Positions 7,781 to 15,373 are shown, counted from the first letter of the stretch. The stretch: 32,000 nt of DNA from Candidatus Scalindua sp. (GCA_031316235.1 JALDRA010000001.1:3870001-3902000), one strand, 5' to 3'. Translations and numbers: made by a program. The notes: generated by a model from the sequence alone, not told the origin.

Positions 7781-9316
7781 TTAATTTGTACAGCATCTGT
7801 CCATCAAACCTTTTGTCTCTCCTCCTTGCCCGGCTTTTTTCGTATTATAACGGTCTTCCTGACTGTAGATGGCATGCTGTGTTGTATCGCATATATGATA
7901 GATCTGTTCTGATTGCTTGGCAAGGGTATTTTTTATCTCATTCATGACAACCATACATTCATTTGCGAGGATGTCTTCTCTTTCAGAGCAGAGAGCGCAC
8001 CTCTGCAGGAAATCTGAGGTTTTTTCGGCATTTGCGGAGTTCTGAGCAGTAGAAGATGCATTATCTGCCTTGCTGTCTGCAATGTCAAAGTTCCTTGATT
8101 GTATTTGATGAGGAGAAAAAATAGATTTTTCTGAGTTATGTCCTGCATTTTCGTCTCTTTTTCGCAGGAGTCGTTTATTGGATGAAATACTCCGGATTAA
8201 AACTGTGGTGAGGATTAAAAAATAGACACCTCCGATCAGGAGTGAGTAATTTCTGATTAGATAGACACTGGAAAATACTTCGGTCTTGTCAATTTCTGAC
8301 ACGATACCCCAGTCAAGATCTTCAATATTGAGTGGAGTGTATGTACTCATAACAGGAACATTACGATAACCGGGAAGGGTTCCTCCATTCATCCCCCCTG
8401 TGATTGCTGTGCGGACACTTCTGTTCTCTTTCCTCTTTAAAAGTTTCGTACAACTCTCTTCGTTCATCGTATCCCACACACCCTGCTTTATACCAGCTCT
8501 TTGTAGCGGTGAAAAAATATCATCTTTCCTTTCACTAAAAGATTGAGAAATACTCAGAGCAGGATCTTTCCCCACAATATACACATTTCCCGATTTACCC
8601 ATATCATCACTCTTCGATTCATGGTTATTGGTCATTAATAAGTTAATTTCATCAAGAGGTACTTTGTACAGAAGTATCCCCACTTTTTCCGAACCATCAT
8701 AAATAGTAGATGCAGCAAAACTTGCCGCTTTTTTGTATGAAGGCGGGATCAATTCAAAGTCTGTGACTCTTACACAACCGGGGTTTCGGCTCTTGTCTGC
8801 CAGTTGAAATGCCCTGCCAAAATTTGTCTTGGTGTAAGGTTCAACCTGCAAAGAGATTGATAAATCTGAACCTTGCGAATTAGAAAAAACAATTTTTCCG
8901 CTGTATGGTTCAGCAATGTACATTTCAAAATTCTCAAATCGTTTACAATATTCAGTGATAAAGTGATGATACTGCTTCTCTTCATGGGTATTGAGAGTCA
9001 ATCCTGCAGTGAATTTATTTCTCTTCTCCAGCCGGTATTGTTTCTCTGCTAATGGAGAAAGCGCTACTGATCTGGTAACAGGGTAATTGCCAGTAAAATA
9101 CCTTGCAGCTTCAATGATTACTCTATCTTCCGAAATTGTACGTACCTGTTTCCTGATGGAAGTGAAATAGTCCTCAACCTCTCTCTTTTTCGTTTCTCTG
9201 AGAGAAACAAGATGGTTCAAGGTCTGTCTCTTGCACGACGCGTATGTCACTATATGAGCAATTACGGATATTAAAATAAATGGGAACAAACTGCTGTATC
9301 CCATAAAGAGAAACAT
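7781..9316 (-). CDS. membrane sensor with a periplasmic Cache-like domain and an uncharacterised ~140-aa cytoplasmic tail
   Basis: The ORF extends up to 9349 (GTG). I prefer the ATG at 9316, which gives MFLFMGYSS and has GGTGG 7 nt upstream. TM1 is followed by ~330 aa with a Cache-like N-terminal helix pattern (LVSLRETKKREVEDYFTSIRKQV) and then TM2 (LLIGGVYFLILTTVLI). No HAMP, MCP, kinase or GGDEF motif is recognisable after TM2. Confidence 0.75.
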   Translation of the reverse strand: MFLFMGYSSLFPFILISVIAHIVTYASCKRQTLNHLVSLRETKKREVEDYFTSIRKQVRTISEDRVIIEAARYFTGNYPVTRSVALSPLAEKQYRLEKRNKFTAGLTLNTHEEKQYHHFITEYCKRFENFEMYIAEPYSGKIVFSNSQGSDLSISLQVEPYTKTNFGRAFQLADKSRNPGCVRVTDFELIPPSYKKAASFAASTIYDGSEKVGILLYKVPLDEINLLMTNNHESKSDDMGKSGNVYIVGKDPALSISQSFSERKDDIFSPLQRAGIKQGVWDTMNEESCTKLLKRKENRSVRTAITGGMNGGTLPGYRNVPVMSTYTPLNIEDLDWGIVSEIDKTEVFSSVYLIRNYSLLIGGVYFLILTTVLIRSISSNKRLLRKRDENAGHNSEKSIFSPHQIQSRNFDIADSKADNASSTAQNSANAEKTSDFLQRCALCSEREDILANECMVVMNEIKNTLAKQSEQIYHICDTTQHAIYSQEDRYNTKKAGQGGETKGLMDRCCTN

Positions 9317-9891
9317 CTTTTTTCCACCACCCATATGTTTGCTCACCACCTTCTTTTTTCTACGATCACGTGTTTATACAGCTCAGTCTACCAGTTTGCG
9401 ATTTATTATCCTTTTCAAAACAACTCAAATCGCTCCACGTTTGTGTATTTCGAGATCTCATGATCGTTTCATTCAAGCCGGATTCCCCTGCTTTTCCCCG
9501 CATAACGCCTCACTAAGCAGGGCCGAAGTGTTTTGCACATTAAAATCCCTGGTATAAATCAGCAGAAGCCGCAAAATATCTGCCAACAAACCTGCACGAG
9601 TGGAGATATTGAAGAAGATTTATTGTAAGTGTAAATTTAAATGACACATACAGGCAGGAAACCAAAAAATTTTTATTCTTATGGTGAGTGTGAATTTTGG
9701 AATTGTATAATGTTTCAACAGAATCACACGTTTAATGGTACGGGCAGGGATGAGGTGCATTAAGGGTTCAGGAAGAAATAATCTGGTATACCGATATCTC
9801 AGAGTATCTGCAGGAAAGCGCACAAGATTTCCCTTTTGCTCCTGATGCTGCTCCGCAATATGAATCATCTGCATCACTCGGTCATGAAAAT

Positions 9892-10311
9892 CTACCGTAA
9901 GTCTTTACCTAACGTTGTAGTTGTTAACTTTCCGTGCATCACACCTTTTGTCCCGATAAGCCTGTTAGCTATATCCGTTATTTTCTTGGCCTTTCCTTTA
10001 ACAACCAATACTTCCAGGCAGTTATGGGAATCAAGGTGGACGTGCAGTGTAGAAATCATCAGTGTGTGGTATTTATGCTGAATATTTGTAAGCGTATCTG
10101 TCAATTCACGCTTGTGATGGTTATATATTATCGTAATGGTACCGACAGTTTCACTCGTTCCAACCTTCCATTCCTTATCAACCAGATTATTCCTTATAAG
10201 GTCTCTGATAGCCTCAGACCTGTTTTCATAACCTTTTTCTGCAATGTACCGGTCAAATTGTTTGAGTAGTCTGGAGTCAATTGAGACCCAGAACCTGACG
10301 ATTTCTTCCAC
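9892..10311 (-). CDS. nikR: nickel-responsive regulator NikR (ribbon-helix-helix plus ACT-like metal-binding domain)
   Basis: 139 aa. The RHH N-terminus is [36 protein letters not shown]. The high-affinity Ni-site pattern is conserved: IQHKYH...[14 protein letters not shown], matching E. coli H76/H87/H89/C95. Confidence 0.9.
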   Translation of the reverse strand: MEEIVRFWVSIDSRLLKQFDRYIAEKGYENRSEAIRDLIRNNLVDKEWKVGTSETVGTITIIYNHHKRELTDTLTNIQHKYHTLMISTLHVHLDSHNCLEVLVVKGKAKKITDIANRLIGTKGVMHGKLTTTTLGKDLR

Positions 10312-10388
10312 TCTATTTTAGGAAAACAAAAGTATGTGTTAGTGCATCCTGTCCGCAAGAATGGTATTTCATTGAGCGGAGTCAAGTG

Positions 10389-10527
10389 TATATAAAAATC
10401 GATCTGGTTTTAGATTTTTCTCAATACCAAAGCCTGGTTACTGAAACCCCCGGATAAAAAACGCGAGGACTTTACTCGCTCAGTTTTTTCTCGAATTTTA
10501 TCCGAAAACCATTATGAGATGACTATA
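10389..10527 (-). repeat. REP-A copy 5 (long variant, most diverged)
   Basis: The reverse complement aligns with the long variant (TATAGTCATCTCATAATGGTTTTCGGATAAAATTCGAGA...GAGCGAGTAAAGTCCTCGCGTTTTTTATCCGGGGG...). The distal third is degenerate. Confidence 0.75.
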
Positions 10528-10535
10528 TCAAGCAT

Positions 10536-10701
10536 CAGTAGTGTCCGGTTAGGTTTTTGCGTATGCGGCTTTTGTCATACCCGAACGTCTTTATCGGGTA
10601 TCCAGAGACTCGTTTCATCATAGATTCCCGCTAAAAACATGCGGGAATGACAGTTTTTGGGCAATAAATTAAATACGCAAAAACCTAACCGGACACTACT
10701 G
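10536..10701 (+). mobile_element. REP-B copy 4: the best-preserved MITE copy (166 bp, perfect 29-bp TIR)
   Basis: The 5' end CAGTAGTGTCCGGTTAGGTTTTTGCGTAT is the exact reverse complement of the 3' end ATACGCAAAAACCTAACCGGACACTACTG. The core is identical in organisation to copy 1. I see no target duplication; it sits 8 bp from REP-A copy 5. Confidence 0.9.
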
Positions 10702-10754
10702 AGAAAAAGAGTAATTTATGGCAGGAAAACCCGGATGCTGAGGGAATTAACTTT

Positions 10755-10784
10755 TTGACAAGAGCGTGTACTTTTATGTAAAAT
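10755..10784 (+). promoter_or_regulatory. sigma70-like promoter candidate for the 10827 gene cluster
   Basis: TTGACA (10755-10760), an 18-nt spacer, then TAAAAT (10779-10784), about 43 nt upstream of the ATG at 10827. Confidence 0.4.
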
Positions 10785-10826
10785 CAAATCTCAAGTGTCA
10801 CTGGTTCCTTTAGCGATAATGAAATT

Positions 10827-11273
10827 ATGATTAGAAGTTTGAAAAACTTGATTGCCCTTCTGTCGATTCTAGTACTGCTTTTTTCTGGATTATTACTCGT
10901 TGCATCTGATAAGGTAAGTCGGGAGAATATCGAGGTTACATTGGTTGAATCCACACAATTATGCTGTTGCGGCAGCGATATGGCTTCATGTACCGATTGT
11001 TGCTGCAGTAAACCTGATTCAGGGCAGAGCAGCAGAGGAGGTACACCCGTAATGGTTTCTTGTGGCTGTAATCAGGATGATGGTTCTCTCTCCCAGAAAG
11101 TTCACTATTTTATATCGGTAATTTCTTTCAGAACCCTATTCCCCTTTACGGCTTCTTTAACAAGTACGGTTGCGATACTGGAAAATCCCCCATCAACCCA
11201 ACTCTACAAACCACCAAGAGTGGAGCTTCCTGAACCCTCAGTGTCAACAATTTTACGACAAGTAATGAGTTGA
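10827..11273 (+). CDS. Cys-rich membrane-anchored (signal-anchor) protein, unknown family
   Basis: 148 aa. The N-terminal hydrophobic anchor LIALLSILVLLFSGLLLVA is followed by nine Cys within 36 residues (CCCGSDMASCTDCCCSKPD...VSCGC). The C-terminal half is Pro/Ser/Thr-rich. Confidence 0.7.
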   Translation: MIRSLKNLIALLSILVLLFSGLLLVASDKVSRENIEVTLVESTQLCCCGSDMASCTDCCCSKPDSGQSSRGGTPVMVSCGCNQDDGSLSQKVHYFISVISFRTLFPFTASLTSTVAILENPPSTQLYKPPRVELPEPSVSTILRQVMS

Positions 11274-11296
11274 ATGTGAACCTGATCTACTAATTT

Positions 11297-11342
11297 GCAG
11301 CTGGTTATCTCATTAGTATTTGTGATGTCTGAGATCAGCTGC
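11297..11342 (+). other. stem-loop 1 in the spacer between the Cys-rich gene and the barrel gene
   Basis: GCAGCTGgttATCTCA-17 nt-TGAGATCAGCTGC, giving 13 paired positions with a 3-nt bulge. Confidence 0.5.
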
Positions 11343-11364
11343 CGTGCAGGTCATCATTGTTAAT

Positions 11365-11394
11365 AAAGATGGCTTGCACTGATCAGCCATCTTT
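11365..11394 (+). terminator. stem-loop 2: perfect 10-bp hairpin (possible attenuator or terminator)
   Basis: AAAGATGGCT-tgcactgatc-AGCCATCTTT. The only T-run is the TTT that ends the stem, so this would be a weak intrinsic terminator at best. Confidence 0.35.
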
Positions 11395-11399
11395 CACGT

Positions 11400-11421
11400 G
11401 TATGGTACCAGTACTTCATAC
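11400..11421. promoter_or_regulatory. inverted repeat GTATGG-N10-TCATAC (candidate operator)
   Basis: The half-sites equal the E. coli NikR half-sites GTATGA/TCATAC, but the spacing is N10 rather than N16. It lies ~100 bp upstream of the 11523 start. Confidence 0.25.
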
Positions 11422-11522
11422 CGGCTTTTGATACTTCAGGCCAATTTCCCGTTCTGGGAAAGCCCGGTAACATAAATTTCCCGAATTGATATACTTTTAA
11501 AAAGTTTTAAGGAGTTGGTCAC

Positions 11523-12854
11523 ATGTTATGTGTTTTTATAAAAAGTAGAATTTTTCTCTGTTTTTCATTGTGGTTCTGTGCACTTACCGCATTTGCAGGA
11601 ATCTGTAGTGCCGATTCAGACAATTTACTTTCGTATGAGGAAACCCGCCATGACCCAGCTGCTCATATCAGAGCGCGAAACGATAGTGGCAACAGGGAGT
11701 TTCCGGGTTTGCAGAAATTAGCGCAGGCCGGTGACTATCATGAGCACAACCTGCAGGAGAGTAATAAAGAGATTGACGCTGATGCCGCAAAGGAGCTTAT
11801 TCGGCCTGAAAGCCTGCACTATCCCCTCTTTCTCGGCCTCTGCTGCGGGAAATGTGGAGGTAACATGCCTCTGAATATTCCGGGTGGTGGGACACCGGAG
11901 CCGCATGAATTCAGGATTAAGACAAACTTAAACTGGATGAAGATGGTCGGATTAAGAAGGGGTACACACAACAGAAGCCGCCAGGATGCCTTGAAACAGT
12001 ATATGGCAGTGCCCAGAAAAATGGATATGACAATGGGCAACTTTTCAATAGGATACGCTTTTTCAGACCGGTTTTTTCTCGGAGCAATGGGCATGTACAT
12101 GAATAAAGACATGTCAATGATCAACAGGGAAAACAAAAAGTCAAAGATGCAGTCACAGGGTGTCGGAGATACAATGCTCATGACAAAGACTTTAGTTTAC
12201 GCAGATGATCTCCTCTTTCCGACAAACCAGGTATCCGTACTCCTGGGGTTAAGTATACCAACCGGTTCAATAGACCAGGACCAGAGGGGGAGTCTGCTTC
12301 CCTACAGCATGCAGTTGGGATCAGGCACTTTTGATCCTTTTGTAGGAATACTCTATGAGGGTTCCAGGACACCACTTTGGTGGGGATTTAATATAAGTTA
12401 TCTTTCACGGTTATATGAGAACTACAAAAGCTATAATCTTGGGGATAAGTTTCAATTTGATTTATATGGAATGTATCAGATACGTCACGATTTAGTTGCA
12501 GAACTCCAGTTTAACGGGAAATATACAGGTGACATTGAGGGACAGGCAAGAGAGATTCAGCAAGGCGGAACTGGGCACATGATGGGGAATCCCAACCTCC
12601 CTTTTATGAGCAACCTGTTTGATCCTGACAACTATGGGGGTAGCTCACTGGATGTTAGATTCGGAGTTCAGTGGCAGCCGTTTCATAATCATATCTTGAA
12701 CGCACAAATTGCCTTCCCGCTGTTTCAGAATCTCCATGGAACGCAAATGGAGCAGGACTTTACGGCAACACTATCGTATTATGTTGAGTTCCCTTTGGGC
12801 AAAAGCAGGCGTTTTTCAAAAGAGAGATCAGGTCTCGATATATTAGGATTTTGA
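11523..12854 (+). CDS. outer-membrane beta-barrel protein, 'MetA-pathway/transporter'-like family, Met-rich
   Basis: 443 aa with AGGAG upstream of the ATG and a signal peptide. It has a CCGKCGG motif, and 11 Met within ~56 residues (RKMDMTMGN...GAMGMYMNKDMSM...KMQ...TMLMTK). The motif YSMQLGSGTFDP is, from memory, typical of the PF13557-like putative OM channels. The C-terminus ends in Phe (..DILGF), as in OM barrels. Confidence 0.75.
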   Translation: MLCVFIKSRIFLCFSLWFCALTAFAGICSADSDNLLSYEETRHDPAAHIRARNDSGNREFPGLQKLAQAGDYHEHNLQESNKEIDADAAKELIRPESLHYPLFLGLCCGKCGGNMPLNIPGGGTPEPHEFRIKTNLNWMKMVGLRRGTHNRSRQDALKQYMAVPRKMDMTMGNFSIGYAFSDRFFLGAMGMYMNKDMSMINRENKKSKMQSQGVGDTMLMTKTLVYADDLLFPTNQVSVLLGLSIPTGSIDQDQRGSLLPYSMQLGSGTFDPFVGILYEGSRTPLWWGFNISYLSRLYENYKSYNLGDKFQFDLYGMYQIRHDLVAELQFNGKYTGDIEGQAREIQQGGTGHMMGNPNLPFMSNLFDPDNYGGSSLDVRFGVQWQPFHNHILNAQIAFPLFQNLHGTQMEQDFTATLSYYVEFPLGKSRRFSKERSGLDILGF

Positions 12855-12940
12855 TCATTATTCAGTTCAGCCACGGGAGGGTTGTTCTCGTTAGAAGGTA
12901 TAAATTTATCAAAATAAGAAAAAATTGTTGGAGAAAATAT

Positions 12941-13882
12941 ATGCATACGTTGAAACTTCAAATGCCTGTTCTGCTGCTGCTGTTATCAGGTGCAGTACTC
13001 TTGTGCAGCTGTAAAACAATCCAGAAATTACCCGGTTCGAAAACCACCGATGGGTATACCTATATTACCAGGTGCAGTACCTGTCATGCAGTCCCCCATC
13101 CCTCGCGTCTTAAATACCAACACTGGAAGGACAAAATTGTAGTAATGAAAAAAAATGAGATGCCGGTTATTACCGCAAAAGAGAGGAAGTCCGTCCTCTC
13201 TTACATAAAAAACCGATCGGGCAAAGGGAGAAAGACTTACCAATTACGATGCGGAAGCTGCCATAGTGTACCTGCCGTGGAGAGATTACGACCGGACGAG
13301 TGGGAAAATCAGATAGCCGTACTTGATGGGAACATGCCGGTTTTTTCTGAAGAGGAACGATTGGCAGTGGTGAGATATCTGGATACGTACGCAAAGAAAG
13401 GAATATTTAAATCCGAAGTTCAACCTACTGGAACAGCAGGAATGCAATACCCGAAATTAAGAAAGATCCCCCCTCCTTTTTCTTTAACAGATATGGAAGG
13501 GAATCAATTTTCACTGAACGAGGCAGAGGGTAAAGCCGTTATCATACACTTCTGGGCAACATGGTGTGAATCCTGCCGTGAAGAGCTGCCGGCATTAGAA
13601 GAAACGTGGAAAAAATTGCGGGGAATGGATTTTCAAGTTGTAGGTATTGTTTCAGATAAAGATAGTGCTGGTGCTGTCAGGGATTTCGTATCCAAACAGA
13701 ATTTGACATTTCCGATCCTGGTTGATTCCATGGGAAAAACATATCAATCATATCTGGTAAAGGTGTTGCCCACTACCTACATTGTCGGAAAGGATGGTAA
13801 GATCGCATCAAGAGCGACTGGTGCCATTAATTGGAGAGATGAAGAAATTGCACAGTATATTCATCATATCGTTCATGAATAG
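12941..13882 (+). CDS. dihaem c-type cytochrome fused to a TlpA/ResA-like periplasmic thioredoxin
   Basis: The track ORF starts at 12851. I prefer the ATG at 12941 (GGAGA 6 nt upstream), which gives the signal peptide MHTLKLQMPVLLLLLSGAVLLCSC. There are two tandem ~55-aa modules, each with CxxCH (CSTCH, CGSCH) and a conserved N.MPV. They are followed by a thioredoxin fold with FWATWCESCREELP. Confidence 0.8.
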   Translation: MHTLKLQMPVLLLLLSGAVLLCSCKTIQKLPGSKTTDGYTYITRCSTCHAVPHPSRLKYQHWKDKIVVMKKNEMPVITAKERKSVLSYIKNRSGKGRKTYQLRCGSCHSVPAVERLRPDEWENQIAVLDGNMPVFSEEERLAVVRYLDTYAKKGIFKSEVQPTGTAGMQYPKLRKIPPPFSLTDMEGNQFSLNEAEGKAVIIHFWATWCESCREELPALEETWKKLRGMDFQVVGIVSDKDSAGAVRDFVSKQNLTFPILVDSMGKTYQSYLVKVLPTTYIVGKDGKIASRATGAINWRDEEIAQYIHHIVHE

Positions 13883-13940
13883 CCTGATCAAGCCCTGTAC
13901 AGCACGAAATTCTGATTCTCTCACTCGGCTCAAACACAAA

Positions 13941-14024
13941 TATACTCATCTCATACTGGATTTCGGATAAAATCCGAGATAAAATTGAGCGAGTATGTCT
14001 TCACCAGGATTTGGTTTTAGTATA
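13941..14024 (+). repeat. REP-A copy 6 (short variant lacking the CCGGTAAAACCG hairpin module)
   Basis: Same 5' 70 nt and same terminal TTTTAGTATA as the other copies, with ~28 nt deleted between them. Confidence 0.85.
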
Positions 14025-14253
14025 ACAGGTTATATTTCAGACTGACCTCCTGGTGAAAAGTCAAATAAAAAGGCTTTACTGTAAAGATAATTCTCTCTCT
14101 ATCTCATGCAGTAAGGCTGTCTTATTTTGAACTCCGACGTATACTCATCAAGACCCATACTTTGCGCCTCCCTGATCACTCAGGGATTGCCTGTTATTTC
14201 ACTTCTCTGATCTATCGTTCCCTCATGAAAGCAGAAACAGCCTCTCAGGTAAT

Positions 14254-14742
14254 TCATGGTTCATGTATTGTGTCTGCCGTTTCGTTATATACGAACGCAG
14301 GTTCCTCCGTGAGCAGCTCCCGTATTTTACTTTTCAATGCGGTTAAATCGGTGGATCTGGCAATGACTGCATCTACCGCCCATGACAAAAAATCCTCCCT
14401 CTGATTACCGCAAGTAGTATGAATAATAATTGGACTACTCCTGTTTTTACCTATAATCCTGCCTATTGCCTCAAGGCCACCCGTCTGCGGATCCATTATG
14501 ATTATGTCTGGATAGAGCCATTGAACCTTATCTAACGCCTCCCTGCCATCAGCTGCTGTTATGACCTTGTAGCCTTCTGAGCCCAACTCCTGCTCATAAA
14601 GTACCTGCTGTTGTTCACATCCGTCTACACAGAGAAGCGTAGTCGTCTTTATGGACTCCTCTCTTCTGATAAGGTCTGCATGGTCCGGATGGCCAACCAA
14701 CCACGGATTGATTATCTGAATTCTCATTTTTCCTCTTATCAT
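14254..14742 (-). CDS. stand-alone receiver (REC) domain protein with a non-canonical active site
   Basis: The track ORF extends to 14880. I prefer the ATG at 14742 (AGGAAG upstream). REC fold: LLCVDGCEQ has DG in place of the usual acidic pair. PDIIIMDP retains the phospho-acceptor Asp, and IIIHTT is present. DAVIARS has Arg where the conserved Lys is expected. There is no output domain. Confidence 0.7.
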   Translation of the reverse strand: MIRGKMRIQIINPWLVGHPDHADLIRREESIKTTTLLCVDGCEQQQVLYEQELGSEGYKVITAADGREALDKVQWLYPDIIIMDPQTGGLEAIGRIIGKNRSSPIIIHTTCGNQREDFLSWAVDAVIARSTDLTALKSKIRELLTEEPAFVYNETADTIHEP

Positions 14743-15205
14743 GGGAACTTCCTGACAAATTGAAAGGTTATTGCCTGAAACAGCTAAATTACATGAGCTC
14801 CCCGAATAGTACTGACAAGAAACAGGGTGCTCACCGTCTGGATTATGCAGCCTGCCAGAAAGCCACCGGCTACCGCACATACGTAATTATGAAGACTGGT
14901 GTATATGCATGACAAAACATATGCCAAAAAATGAGATCTGGTTCAGTTTGTAACCACTCTGAGGAAAAGAACGTATTACAACCTTGAATCGAAGGGGGGA
15001 GCTGTTCGCGTTCGACGGGATATCAGCTGATGGGCATTATGGAATACAGAGGCCGTATGTAATTTTTTAACTCCTGCCTGATTTATAGGTTAAGGAGGAG
15101 AAGGTATTCTGCAGCCAGTTTGATTAAGCGGGAAGAGAAGAGTCCAATGCAGGTTTTCGTGATGGGGTAAGACCCGTCCTGAAAACAGGAGGTGACAGAT
15201 AAAGT

Positions 15206-15373
15206 ATGTTACTATTTTTCTGGTTTTTCACCATAGCTGTTTCACAAATTGAAAGAAAGCATAGTATGTTACACTTGTGTAAGTGGCTACACTTGTGTGT
15301 ATGCTTACACAGGTGGTCAACATATTATCTCTTTATTATTCCTGAATCTTTGACCAGATGGAACTCTCCCTGA
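15206..15373 (+). CDS. speculative 55-aa sORF spanning the 18-bp repeat array
   Basis: Below the track cut-off. AGGAGG lies 13 nt upstream of the ATG. My translation is MLLFFWFFTIAVSQIERKHSMLHLCKWLHLCVCLHRWSTYYLFIIPESLTRWNSP. The DNA repeat produces the hexapeptide repeats LHLCKW / LHLCVC / LHRWST. Coding status is unproven. Confidence 0.2.
   Translation: MLLFFWFFTIAVSQIERKHSMLHLCKWLHLCVCLHRWSTYYLFIIPESLTRWNSP
15269..15316. promoter_or_regulatory. tandem 18-bp repeat array (about 2.6 units), with an ACAC-TT-GTGT palindrome in the first two units
   Basis: The units are TTACACTTGTGTAAGTGG / CTACACTTGTGTGTATGC / TTACACAGGTGG. TACAC recurs at exactly 18-bp spacing (15270, 15288, 15306). The first unit contains the perfect inverted repeat TTACAC-TT-GTGTAA. 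The array lies in the divergent spacer between the receiver gene and the 15637 gene. Confidence 0.5.

Noticed and set aside
9455-9515. Possible fifth, degenerate REP-B relic (..TCGTTTCATTCAAGCCGGATTCCCCTGCTTTTCCCCGCATAACG..)
   Set aside because: The similarity to the REP-B core (CTCGTTTCATCATAGATTCCCGC...GCGGGAAT) is partial and the palindrome is broken. It is too weak to call without a proper alignment score.
9620-9877. 85-aa ORF downstream of nikR (possible co-transcribed small gene or transposase fragment)
   Set aside because: It has no SD and no recognisable family, and its C-terminus is compositionally odd (..IRIKIFWFPACMCHLNLHLQ). I could not match it to IS200/RAYT, integrase or other mobile-element proteins. 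I left it unannotated.
12851-12940. Upstream start (12851) for the cytochrome c-thioredoxin gene
   Set aside because: It would overlap the stop of the barrel gene and add a non-signal-like leader (MIIIQFSHGRVVLVRRYKF..). The ATG at 12941 has a GGAGA SD and yields a proper signal peptide.
14743-14880. N-terminal 46 codons of track ORF 14254..14880
   Set aside because: This stretch is Cys/Ser-rich with no homology signal. An internal ATG at 14742, preceded by AGGAAG, gives a normal-sized receiver protein.
10330-15275. Shared motif AGTATGT(G)TTA at ~10333, ~15203 and ~15263 as a common operator half-site
   Set aside because: Three occurrences of a ~10-mer with mismatches in AT-rich spacers are not statistically convincing by eye, and no palindromic partner sits at a consistent spacing. 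It is worth a motif scan but not a claim.
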